64,000 bases of DNA, taken from assembly GCA_902780055.1 (NCBI GenBank), contig CACZDU010000001.1, positions 47,138 through 111,137 on the forward strand, given 5' to 3'. Shown here piece by piece: positions 45,075 to 54,204 of the stretch (position 1 is its first letter; each line of letters begins with the position of its first letter). Below the pieces are notes generated by a model, which had not been told where the DNA came from, did not search any database, and saw nothing but the letters and a program-made list of their open reading frames with translations. Source of the DNA: an uncultured Bacteroidia bacterium. Lineage in GTDB: Bacteria > Bacteroidota > Bacteroidia > Bacteroidales > F082. The position numbers were made by a program, and so were the translations under genes.

Positions 45075-45548
45075 ATGAAAGACAAAACCTTGAAAAACAT
45101 TCGTTTGTGTTGTTATTTAGCCCTGGCCTTTTGTGTTGTCTGGGCTGGCGTTACAGTGAGGTATCTCATTGCTGATGTGTTAGGCTATGATACTTGGTCA
45201 TATCCCATTGATTGGTCGGAGAACACAGTGCTAAAAGTCATTATGCTCGCTTTTTATGTATTGGGTGCAGTCGCGATGATTGGCTTGTGTGTCAAAGCGG
45301 TCTTGAATACGCTCAAAGGGCTTCGCGAAAACACCGTTTTCCCAAAAAGTAATGTCAAATTGATGTTTTGGATTGCCTTGTCGGATTTCATCTACCTGTT
45401 GGGTTTCAACAATTTGAGCGTCCTTTGGAATGATATCCTTTTCCAACTTCCACACACTGTATTTGTCACGCCCTTCTTCTTGCTCTTCTTCGCTTTCATG
45501 TACAAAGTGGCCGCCGATGCGGTCGAGGAAAACAATTTAACCGTCTGA
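45075..45548 (+). CDS. DUF2975-like membrane protein
   Basis: 157 aa with four TM helices. A short YozG-type HTH gene lies downstream, the usual DUF2975/HTH pairing. Confidence 0.6.
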   Translation: MKDKTLKNIRLCCYLALAFCVVWAGVTVRYLIADVLGYDTWSYPIDWSENTVLKVIMLAFYVLGAVAMIGLCVKAVLNTLKGLRENTVFPKSNVKLMFWIALSDFIYLLGFNNLSVLWNDILFQLPHTVFVTPFFLLFFAFMYKVAADAVEENNLTV

Positions 45549-45708
45549 TTATGTCACAAAACCTACAAAACTTGCAAAACCATTTGTTTGGTATAGGGAA
45601 GCCTGCCAACCGGCTGGCTTCCGGCGGCGCACGGTTGTGCAGCTGCCACTTCAGTTGTTTGAAGTTTTGCCTTGTTTTGATGGTTTTGTGATGAAAAACG
45701 ACCGCCCT

Positions 45709-45921
45709 ATGATTATCCTAAACTTAGACGTAATGTTGGCCAAGCGCAAGGTGCGCTCCAACGATTTGGCCCAAAGAATAGGCCTCACCCAAGCCAACCT
45801 CTCCATATTGAAAACAGGCAAGGCCAAGGCCATCCGCCTCAGCACCTTAGATGCCATCTGCCGCGAGTTGCAATGCACGCCGGGGGATATTCTGGAGTAT
45901 AAACCCGATGAGCCAGTTTAA
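45709..45921 (+). CDS. XRE/YozG-type HTH transcriptional regulator
   Basis: MIILNLDVMLAKRKVRSNDLAQRIGLTQANLSILKTGKAKAIRLSTLDAICRELQCTPGDILEY. An alternative ATG exists at 45691; the longer track ORF (45637) is probably an over-extension. Confidence 0.8.
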   Translation: MIILNLDVMLAKRKVRSNDLAQRIGLTQANLSILKTGKAKAIRLSTLDAICRELQCTPGDILEYKPDEPV

Positions 45922-45985
45922 AGTGGTTGAAAGACCGCTTTAAACCTCTCAAATTCTTGCAAATTCGGTTCAAACACTTCGCAAA

Positions 45986-46642
45986 ATGAAACTTCTCCAA
46001 TTCTCTAAATTCTTGATTAAAGAAATGATAAAAAACATCGCCATCTTGATGGTATTCTTGACCCTTTCCAGTTGCAACACCTTGATGCCCATGCTCTTCG
46101 GCTTCCGCGAAATCAACGGCTGCGATGCAGAGCAATGCGAGAGATTCTACAAGAAACTGCCCAAGGATTTTGCTTTCACGCCCTTGGTGTGCGACGAAAA
46201 ACAATTCCGGCAAGTGAGCGAACTCGGTGCAGACTCGATGCAGATGAAAGACCTCTATCAGCCGCTGAAAATCATGTATTTCCACGGCGACAGCCTCGTT
46301 TCGCTCCACATCAATTGCTACTGCCCGCCTACGCTCGGCTTCAACCTGAATTGGAACTACGACCATCAGTTTGACGTGTTTCCGCCAGCCACGACCGTGC
46401 CTTTGGAAGGCTACACGGTGACGCGCACCCAAATGCAGTCCGTCTTCCCCGAAATCAAGGGGGAGAAGGACTACGCCGTGCTCGTCTTTTGGACGAACAT
46501 GCTGCACAAGGTTTCGCGGGCGGAAATCAAGACGGTTTACAGGAATCTGAAGCGGTTCGGCCCTTCGACAGGCTCAGGGGCCGAGGTTTATCTCATCAAC
46601 GACGACATTCCGCTGACAAAATCGCTCCACGAAACGGAGTGA
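45986..46642 (+). CDS. Hypothetical lipoprotein
   Basis: 218 aa. Lipobox at FLTLSSC (the real start may be the internal MIKNIAIL). No catalytic motif recognised. Contains the 21-nt element at 46558..46578. Confidence 0.5.
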   Translation: MKLLQFSKFLIKEMIKNIAILMVFLTLSSCNTLMPMLFGFREINGCDAEQCERFYKKLPKDFAFTPLVCDEKQFRQVSELGADSMQMKDLYQPLKIMYFHGDSLVSLHINCYCPPTLGFNLNWNYDHQFDVFPPATTVPLEGYTVTRTQMQSVFPEIKGEKDYAVLVFWTNMLHKVSRAEIKTVYRNLKRFGPSTGSGAEVYLINDDIPLTKSLHETE

Positions 46643-46710
46643 TTTATCAGGCTTTTTCATCAAATAATCTTTTTCCCGGCCACTTTTGCAATAGGTTCGG
46701 AAAAATGAAC

Positions 46711-46718
46711 TATATTTG
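46711..46718 (+). promoter_or_regulatory. -7 promoter box (TATATTTG) for the kinase-like gene
   Basis: Lies 20 nt upstream of the ATG at 46738. A TTTG lies about 25 nt further upstream. Confidence 0.45.
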
Positions 46719-46737
46719 CGCCCAAATATAATGAAGA

Positions 46738-47934
46738 ATGTCTGAAAACATCAACTCAAACGAATATGCCGACCTGCGCCTGCTTTATGCCTCGCGCTAT
46801 GGCAACAGCAGGATTTTTACGGCAAACAACCACGGCAAGAAGGTCATTGTCAAGGCACTGAAGGCAGAGTGTGCCGACGATGCCGCTTGCAAGGCCTCGC
46901 TGCGTCAGGAGTATGAAACCACTTCCATGCTCGACAACAAATACATCCGCAAGGCCCTCGATTTCACCAACATTGAAGGCTTGGGCGACTGCATCATTTT
47001 TGAATATGTCGACGGGAAGTCGCTGTCGGAGCATGTGCGCGTGGGCACGCTCTCCGAAAAGCAGGTGAAAAGCATCCTGACCGAGGTGTGCGACGGCTTG
47101 AATTTCCTGCATCGCAACGGATTGGTACACTGCAATTTGAATCCTGAGAATGTCATGGTGTCGGCCAACGACGGCCATGTGAAACTCATCGACATCGGTG
47201 TGCCTGAAACCAAGCAAGATGCCGACCGCGAACTGCTCATCAAGGAGATGGAGTTTGTCGCGCCCGAAATCATCAAGGGCGAGGACTTCGACTCGCGGGC
47301 CGACATCTATTCCATCGGCAAAATCATGGAATTCATCGGCGAGCGCAACATTTCCAAGCAATTCCATGCCGCTGCCACGCACTGCACGCAATTCTCGAAA
47401 GAACAGCGTTTCGACACTATAAGTGATGTGCGCTCGGCCATCTCGAAAGGTCATTCCTTCGTGAAAATCATCATTTTGGTGGTTGTGGCGGCCATCGTTG
47501 CGGCTTTGGCCATCATCTATGTGCCGAAAATCAGGGCCAATGTGGAAAAGGAAAGGGCAGAGAGGCGTGTCGTTGAGTTCAACCGCGAATTAGAGAAAAT
47601 CCAAGGGGAGTTGCCTGGGCTTTGCGAGAAATATGCCTTGCAGTCGATCAACGAACCCATTGCGGTGGACTGGTCGGAAGACAGTTTGCGTTTGGTGGAA
47701 GGCTTGATGCCTTATCTTGCCATTGACGAATACAAGGCCAAGGCGTTGCAAGTCATGGAACGCCAGCGCGTTGGCATAGAGAGAAGCCGCGAGGCCGACT
47801 TCGAGCAACTGTTGCTCAGCGAGTTCAAGTCGACCAACGACAGCCTTGCCGTGAAGATGCGCTCGGCTCTTGTGGACCCGACTGACGACCAACTCCTCAT
47901 CGAGGCAGGCAAATGGTACGAACTGACGAAATAA
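46738..47934 (+). CDS. Hanks-type Ser/Thr kinase-fold protein, predicted pseudokinase, with TM helix and C-terminal helical domain
   Basis: Kinase subdomains: VIVKALK (VAIK-like), LVHCNLNPENVMV in place of HRDLKPxN, KLIDIGV in place of DFG, and FVAPE. TM helix is IIILVVVAAIVAALAIIYV. Confidence 0.7.
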   Translation: MSENINSNEYADLRLLYASRYGNSRIFTANNHGKKVIVKALKAECADDAACKASLRQEYETTSMLDNKYIRKALDFTNIEGLGDCIIFEYVDGKSLSEHVRVGTLSEKQVKSILTEVCDGLNFLHRNGLVHCNLNPENVMVSANDGHVKLIDIGVPETKQDADRELLIKEMEFVAPEIIKGEDFDSRADIYSIGKIMEFIGERNISKQFHAAATHCTQFSKEQRFDTISDVRSAISKGHSFVKIIILVVVAAIVAALAIIYVPKIRANVEKERAERRVVEFNRELEKIQGELPGLCEKYALQSINEPIAVDWSEDSLRLVEGLMPYLAIDEYKAKALQVMERQRVGIERSREADFEQLLLSEFKSTNDSLAVKMRSALVDPTDDQLLIEAGKWYELTK

Positions 47935-47976
47935 TTTCGACGAAACGGAGTTATTGAAGAATAAACCTACAACGAA

Positions 47977-50652
47977 GTGCAAAGAAAAACCAACATAATC
48001 GTGATGATGGGCTGCGTGATGGGGCTGCTGGTGTTGAGCGGCTGCTCCACCAAGAAAAACACGCTCACCCGCCGCATGTTCCACAACCTGACCAGCCACT
48101 ACAATGTCTATTTCAACGGGGAAGCGAGCCTCAAGGATGGCGACAAGCAACTCCGTACCTCGGTGAAGGACGACTATTTGAAGGTGTTGCGCGTCTACAA
48201 CTACGGCACCCAACAAAACGGCATGAGCCTGAACGCCACCATGGATCGCGCCTTGGAAAAAACCTCCATTTGCGTGCAAAAGCACTCGATGAAATTCGGC
48301 AGCCGCGAGCGTGTGCGCTGGATTGACGATGCCTATCTCGTGATGGGCAAGGCGCATTTCTACAAGCACGACTACATCCCGGCCAAGCGCACTTTCGATT
48401 TTGTGGCCACCGAATACAACTACAACGACATCGCTTACGTCGCCAACATGTGGCTCATCAAGACCTACATCCAAACCGAGGAATATCCCAAGGCCGTGGC
48501 CATGATTGAGCAGTTGCAGGCGAGGACATCGGGACTAAGCAAACTCCCCAAGGAACTGATGCGCAACATGGACTTCACCATCGCCGACTACTACATCGCC
48601 GTGAAGGACTACAACAAGGCCATCCCTTTCCTGAAAAACGGCATTTTGCTCAACAAAGACCGCGACCTGCGCACCCGCGCCATGTTCATCATGGGGCAGA
48701 TTTACATGCACCAAGGCGACTCGGAACGCGCCACGGCGCAATTCAAGAAGGTCATCAAGCGCAATCCTGAATATGAAATGGTGTTTGAATCGAGGATGAA
48801 CATCGCCAAGGTGGGCACCGCCGACAATGCCGAGGCCCTCTACAAGATGATGCGCAAGATGCTCCGCGACCCGAACAACGAAGACTATCGCGACCGTATC
48901 TATTACGCTATGGCTGAATTAGCCCTCCGCGAGGGCGACGAAAACAAGGCCATCAACTATTTGCGCAAGTCGGTGGAGGCCTACAAGGACAACCAGATTC
49001 AAAGGGCGCAGTCGTCGCTGAAGGTGGCCACCATGCTCTTCGACCGCAACGAATACGAGTTGGCACAGGCTTATTACGACACCGCTGTAACGAGCATGAA
49101 CCGCGAACAAGAAGGCTACGACAGCATTATGAACATTTCACAAACGCTCAACGAATTAGTGATGTATGCCAGCGTTGTCCGCGACCAAGACAGTTTGCTT
49201 CGTGTGGCCGCTATGGATTCCGTCAGCCGCAACATCCTCATCGACAGGATTATCGCCCAAGTCATTGAGCAAGAGGAAATGGAAAAAGCCCAGCGCGAAT
49301 ACGAAGAACAATTGGCTCTTATGGGTTCAGCCGTGGGCGGTGGAGAAGAAAAACCCACCTCCGAGCCGACAAGCAACGTCACTTCATCATGGTATTTCTA
49401 TAATCCGACTTCTGTTTCCAAAGGTGTCACCGAGTTCACCCGCAAATGGGGCATGAGAAAGAACGAGGACAACTGGCGCATCAGCGACAAGCGCAGCATG
49501 GCGGCTGCCTTGTCGGGTGAGGAGGACGACGAAGGCATAACCGCTGAAAAGAACGCCAAAGCCAAACAAGACTCGCTGAACGCCACTTACACCACCCATG
49601 ACCGTGGCTATTACCTGCAAGACCTGCCTTTCACGATGGAGCAAAAAGAGGTGTGCGACTCGCTCATCGCCGACGGGCTGTATCATTTGGGATTCCTTTA
49701 TATGGACCGACTCAACGACCTGCCGCGCTCCATCGAATCTTACGAGAAACTGGACACCCGCTATCCGGGCAACGAGAAGGAACTGCCCACTTGGTACGCG
49801 CTCTACAAGATGCACAAAGACCTCAACCACGAGGAACAGTCGCTGGTTTACAAAGGCAAGATTTTCGACAAATATCCCACTTCGAGTTACGCCGAGTTCA
49901 TCAACGACCCGAGCTATTTCGAGAAACTGCAAGCCCAAGAGCGCGAGGCCTCCGATTTCTATTCCAAGACTTACGAAGCCTTCGAGCAGGGGCAATTCTA
50001 CCGCGTGAAGATGAACTGCGAGCGTGCCATGCGACTTTATGAAACCGACACGGCTTTCATGCCGCGTTTCGCCTTCCTCCATGCCGTTGCCCAAGGCCGC
50101 ATGGTTTCCATTGACACGATGGCTTTCGCTTTGTACAATTTGGTGCGCACCTATCCCAACAGCGCGATTACGCCCTACGCCCGCGATGTGTTGGAAAACA
50201 TCAACGTGGAATATGACCTCGGCTTGGTGTTGACCGAAATCGACAACAAGGAGGCTGGCGACCAACCCGAAGTGAAGAAAGCCTCTCCCTACACATTCGA
50301 GCCTAATGCAGAGTATTTTGTGATGATTGTCTGCGACACCAAGACCGTGCGCGTGGAGCCGTTGAAAGTGCGCATCAGCGACTTCAACAAGAAGGAACAC
50401 CGCACGAGGAACTTCACGATCAAGGATGTCGTTCTCGACGATGCCCGCACCCTTGTGACCATCGGCAACTTCAACGGCGAGCAACAGGCCACCGACTACA
50501 TCACCTCTATGTTCCTCGGCGATTATGTCTTTGGCGGCATCGACGCTTCAAAATATACCATCAAACCTATTTCCATCAAGAATTATCCCGTCTTTTATCA
50601 GTCCAAGGATTTGGACGAATACATACAGTTCCTAAATCAAACAAACAAGTAG
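47977..50652 (+). CDS. porW: T9SS lipoprotein PorW/SprE (TPR-containing)
   Basis: 891 aa. Lipobox LVLSGC followed by FHNLTSHYNVYFNGE, characteristic of SprE/PorW. TPR-like repeats throughout. Start uncertain (GTG at 47977 or ATG at 48004). Confidence 0.65.
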   Translation: MQRKTNIIVMMGCVMGLLVLSGCSTKKNTLTRRMFHNLTSHYNVYFNGEASLKDGDKQLRTSVKDDYLKVLRVYNYGTQQNGMSLNATMDRALEKTSICVQKHSMKFGSRERVRWIDDAYLVMGKAHFYKHDYIPAKRTFDFVATEYNYNDIAYVANMWLIKTYIQTEEYPKAVAMIEQLQARTSGLSKLPKELMRNMDFTIADYYIAVKDYNKAIPFLKNGILLNKDRDLRTRAMFIMGQIYMHQGDSERATAQFKKVIKRNPEYEMVFESRMNIAKVGTADNAEALYKMMRKMLRDPNNEDYRDRIYYAMAELALREGDENKAINYLRKSVEAYKDNQIQRAQSSLKVATMLFDRNEYELAQAYYDTAVTSMNREQEGYDSIMNISQTLNELVMYASVVRDQDSLLRVAAMDSVSRNILIDRIIAQVIEQEEMEKAQREYEEQLALMGSAVGGGEEKPTSEPTSNVTSSWYFYNPTSVSKGVTEFTRKWGMRKNEDNWRISDKRSMAAALSGEEDDEGITAEKNAKAKQDSLNATYTTHDRGYYLQDLPFTMEQKEVCDSLIADGLYHLGFLYMDRLNDLPRSIESYEKLDTRYPGNEKELPTWYALYKMHKDLNHEEQSLVYKGKIFDKYPTSSYAEFINDPSYFEKLQAQEREASDFYSKTYEAFEQGQFYRVKMNCERAMRLYETDTAFMPRFAFLHAVAQGRMVSIDTMAFALYNLVRTYPNSAITPYARDVLENINVEYDLGLVLTEIDNKEAGDQPEVKKASPYTFEPNAEYFVMIVCDTKTVRVEPLKVRISDFNKKEHRTRNFTIKDVVLDDARTLVTIGNFNGEQQATDYITSMFLGDYVFGGIDASKYTIKPISIKNYPVFYQSKDLDEYIQFLNQTNK

Positions 50653-50656
50653 TATT

Positions 50657-51025
50657 ATGGCTATAATGGAATCATCCGCACGCAACCTCATTGGTAACGG
50701 CACCGTCTTTAAAGGCGACATTGAGTCGAATGGCGACATCCGCATCGATGGTCGGTTGATTGGCTCAGTGAAATCGAATGGCAAGATTTCCGTCGGACAA
50801 ACCGGTATCATCGAAGGCGACTTGACCTGCAAACAAGCCGAAATCTCAGGCGTCGTGAAAGGCAACATCAACACGGAAGAACTGACCGCCTTGAAGTCGA
50901 CCTCTAAGGTGGAAGTCGACCTGAACACGAAGCAACTGCTCATCGAAGTGGGCGCCCAATTCACGGGCAAGTGTGTCATGGGGCAGCAGTCTACAGTGGC
51001 TATGCCCAAGCAAAAAATTGGCTGA
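50657..51025 (+). CDS. Bactofilin-family polymer-forming protein
   Basis: 122 aa. Repeating beta-helix pattern ([42 protein letters not shown]...). Confidence 0.8.
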   Translation: MAIMESSARNLIGNGTVFKGDIESNGDIRIDGRLIGSVKSNGKISVGQTGIIEGDLTCKQAEISGVVKGNINTEELTALKSTSKVEVDLNTKQLLIEVGAQFTGKCVMGQQSTVAMPKQKIG

Positions 51026-51648
51026 TGATGAACGAAAGGCTTAAAAAGCATTTCGGCTACGAAGCCATTGAGCAGTATGACACGGAAAGGCTGGCCAAAC
51101 TTCAGGAGCACTATGCAGCCATCCTCGAAATTTTGGGCGAAGACCCCCAGCGCGAGGGCCTTCTGAAAACGCCTTTGCGCGTAGCCAAGTCGATGCAGTT
51201 CCTTACGCAAGGGTATGAACAGGACCCGATGGAAATCCTGTTGTCGGCCAAATTCAAGGAGGACTACCGCCAAATGGTGATTGTCAAGGATATAGAGGTG
51301 TATTCGCTGTGCGAGCATCACCTCATCCCATTTATTGGCAAGGCGCATGTCGGCTATATTCCTAATGGCTATATCACAGGTCTGAGCAAGATTGCCCGCG
51401 TGGTGGAGGCCTATTCGCGCCGCCTTCAGGTGCAGGAGCGGCTGACCACCCAAATCAAGAACGCCATCAACGATGCCTTGCATCCGTTGGGCGTGGCCGT
51501 CGTCATCGAGGCGCGGCATTTGTGCATGTCGATGCGCGGCGTGCAAAAGCAAAGCGCGGTGACCACTACGAGCGACTTCATTGGTGCCTTCGAGCGCGAA
51601 TCCACACGCGAGGAGTTCTTCCAATTGATAGGAACAAAACTAAGTTGA
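51025..51648 (+). CDS. folE: GTP cyclohydrolase I
   Basis: The start was set at MMNERLKK (ATG at 51025, overlapping the bactofilin stop as ATGA). Contains the CEHHL zinc motif and the HLCMSMRGV block. Confidence 0.9.
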   Translation: MMNERLKKHFGYEAIEQYDTERLAKLQEHYAAILEILGEDPQREGLLKTPLRVAKSMQFLTQGYEQDPMEILLSAKFKEDYRQMVIVKDIEVYSLCEHHLIPFIGKAHVGYIPNGYITGLSKIARVVEAYSRRLQVQERLTTQIKNAINDALHPLGVAVVIEARHLCMSMRGVQKQSAVTTTSDFIGAFERESTREEFFQLIGTKLS

Positions 51649-51687
51649 AAGTTGTAAATTGTTGAATATTAAATCTCAAATAGAAAT

Positions 51688-52572
51688 ATGATTAAAGCAT
51701 ACGTTTTCCCCGGTCAAGGTGCCCAGTTTGTGGGGATGGGCAAGGACTTGTACGACAATTTCCCCAAGGCCAAAGACATGTTCAAGAAAGCCAACAACAT
51801 CTTGAAATTCAAGATTACCGATGTGATGTTTGAAGGCACTGACGACGACTTGCGCCAAACCAAGGTGACGCAGCCGGCCATTTTCCTTCATTCGGTCATT
51901 TTGGCTTCGCTGCTTGAGGAGTTCGACCCCACGATGGTGGCAGGCCACTCTTTGGGCGAGTTTTCAGCCTTGGTTGCCAACAAGGTATTGACTTTTGAGG
52001 ACGGTTTGCGCCTCGTCAGCAAGCGTGCTATGGCCATGCAGAAGGCCTGCGAAGCCCAACCCGGCACGATGGCAGCCGTTGTGGGGGGTGAGGACAGCCT
52101 GATTGAGAGTGTCTGCGCTTCCATCAAGGATGCCGTGGTGGTGCCCGCCAATTACAACTGCCCTGGCCAATTGGTGATTTCGGGTTCAATTGAAGGCGTG
52201 GCAGCCGCTTCCGAGAAACTAAAGGAGGCTGGCGTGAAGCGTGTGGTGCCCCTGAGCGTGGGCGGCGCGTTCCATAGCCCGCTGATGGAACCGGCCCGCG
52301 TGGAGTTGGCCGAGGCCATCAAGGAGACCACTTTCAGCCAAGGCATCTGCCCGATTTACCAGAATGTCACCGGACAATCGGTCAACGACCCAGAAATCAT
52401 CAAGAAGAACCTCATTGCCCAACTGACTTCGCCCGTGCTTTGGACGCAGACCATGAGCAACATTTTGGCCAACGGCGTTCACTCCGTTGTCGAGGTAGGT
52501 CCCGGCAAGGTGTTGCAAGGCTTGTTCCGCAAGATGGACCGCAACCTTGAACTTTCAAGTGCAACAGTATGA
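51688..52572 (+). CDS. fabD: Malonyl-CoA:ACP transacylase
   Basis: 294 aa. FPGQGAQ and the active-site block GHSLGEFSAL. Confidence 0.93.
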   Translation: MIKAYVFPGQGAQFVGMGKDLYDNFPKAKDMFKKANNILKFKITDVMFEGTDDDLRQTKVTQPAIFLHSVILASLLEEFDPTMVAGHSLGEFSALVANKVLTFEDGLRLVSKRAMAMQKACEAQPGTMAAVVGGEDSLIESVCASIKDAVVVPANYNCPGQLVISGSIEGVAAASEKLKEAGVKRVVPLSVGGAFHSPLMEPARVELAEAIKETTFSQGICPIYQNVTGQSVNDPEIIKKNLIAQLTSPVLWTQTMSNILANGVHSVVEVGPGKVLQGLFRKMDRNLELSSATV

Positions 52573-54200
52573 AATTCTTTAGCATAGATAACAAAAAGAT
52601 GCGGCCGCTCATCGTGACCTTGCTTTTCGCGGCGGGAATTGTCGTCGGAATATTGATTAACAAGGTCAATGTCCCCAAAATAGAAGGCATTGTGGGACCG
52701 GCATCGTTTGTGGATGGCAGCAGCAAGTTCGACGAGGTGATGTGGTATGTTGGCCATGAGTATGTAGACGTGCCTGATGTCTACGATTTACAGGATCATG
52801 CCATCACCGCTATGGTGGAAGAACTGGATCCGCATAGCGCTTATGTTTCGAAAGACGAGTTCAACGAGGTGAACGACCCTCTTTTGGGCAGTTTCGACGG
52901 TATCGGTGTGCAGTTCCGTTTGGAGAAAGACACCATTGCCGTTGTCAGTGTCATCAAGGGCGGCCCTTCAGAGAAGGTGGGCATTCTCGCTGGCGACCGC
53001 ATCATTTATATTGATGACACCCTCGCGGCAGGCGTGAAAATGACCAATGAAAAGGTGATGCGCAAACTGAAAGGCCCCAAGAACACCAAGGTAAAGGTTG
53101 GCGTGATGCGCCGTGGGGCTGAGGGATTGTTCGACTATACCATAACTCGTGCAGCCATCCCGACCTACAGCGTTGACATCGCCTATATGCTTGACGAGAA
53201 GACGGGCTACCTGAAACTCAGCAAGTTTTCGGCAACTACCGTCGATGAGTTCAAGAAAGCAACCCGCGAACTCAAATCCCAAGGCATGAAGCAACTCATT
53301 TTCGACTTGCGCGGCAATTCGGGAGGTTACCTTACAGCCGCCGTCGAAATTGCCGATGAGTTTTTGCCCAAAGGCAGCCTGATTGTCTACACCGAGGGTC
53401 GCAACCGCCCGCGCAATTACATGAAGGCAAGCAGACTCGGGATGTGGGAAAAACTGCCCGTGGCGGTGCTCATTGATGGCGAGTCGGCCAGTGCGAGCGA
53501 AATTGTGGCTGGAGCCTTGCAAGACAATGACCGAGGCACCATCATCGGGCGACGTTCTTTCGGAAAGGGCTTGGTGCAGGAGCAAATCATGCTCAGCGAC
53601 AAATCTGCCTTGCGTCTTACCGTGGCGCGTTACTACACGCCTACAGGTCGCTCCATCCAGAAGCCTTTTGATGGCGACCGTGAGAAGTACATTTTCGAGT
53701 CGTATGAACGCTACGAAAACGGCGAACTTTTCCACCCCGACAGCATACATTTCGCTGATTCGCTGAAATATACCACGCCGGGAGGTAGAATCGTTTACGG
53801 TGGCGGTGGCATCATGCCCGACATTTATGTTCCGCTCGTCGACGACAGCACCGAATACTATTTCAACCGCATCGTCAACCTCGGACTGCTCTACCAATAT
53901 GCCTTTGACTATACCGACCTTCATCGCCAGCAGTTGCAGCGGTATAAGACGGTCGATACATTCAAGAAATCGTTTTGGGTGAGCGACACAATGTTCAACG
54001 AACTGGTGAAGTTAGCCGACGAGAAGGGCATCAAGGGCAGCTATAGGCAGAAGCAGGTGGCTCGTCGCAATGTTAACACGCTCCTCAAGGCCTACATCGC
54101 CCGCAACCTTTTCGACGACGAGGGCTTCTATCCGATTTACGCCCCTATGGACGAGGTGCTGCAAAAAGCCATTGTGACCTTGCGCCAAGCGGAGAAGTGA
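52569..54200 (+). CDS. ctp: S41 family C-terminal processing peptidase
   Basis: 543 aa. N-terminal TM, PDZ (GGPSEKVGILAGDRIIYIDD), catalytic DLRGNSGGY and the SASASEI..GKG block. Confidence 0.88.
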   Translation: MKFFSIDNKKMRPLIVTLLFAAGIVVGILINKVNVPKIEGIVGPASFVDGSSKFDEVMWYVGHEYVDVPDVYDLQDHAITAMVEELDPHSAYVSKDEFNEVNDPLLGSFDGIGVQFRLEKDTIAVVSVIKGGPSEKVGILAGDRIIYIDDTLAAGVKMTNEKVMRKLKGPKNTKVKVGVMRRGAEGLFDYTITRAAIPTYSVDIAYMLDEKTGYLKLSKFSATTVDEFKKATRELKSQGMKQLIFDLRGNSGGYLTAAVEIADEFLPKGSLIVYTEGRNRPRNYMKASRLGMWEKLPVAVLIDGESASASEIVAGALQDNDRGTIIGRRSFGKGLVQEQIMLSDKSALRLTVARYYTPTGRSIQKPFDGDREKYIFESYERYENGELFHPDSIHFADSLKYTTPGGRIVYGGGGIMPDIYVPLVDDSTEYYFNRIVNLGLLYQYAFDYTDLHRQQLQRYKTVDTFKKSFWVSDTMFNELVKLADEKGIKGSYRQKQVARRNVNTLLKAYIARNLFDDEGFYPIYAPMDEVLQKAIVTLRQAEK

Positions 54201-54204
54201 CCAC

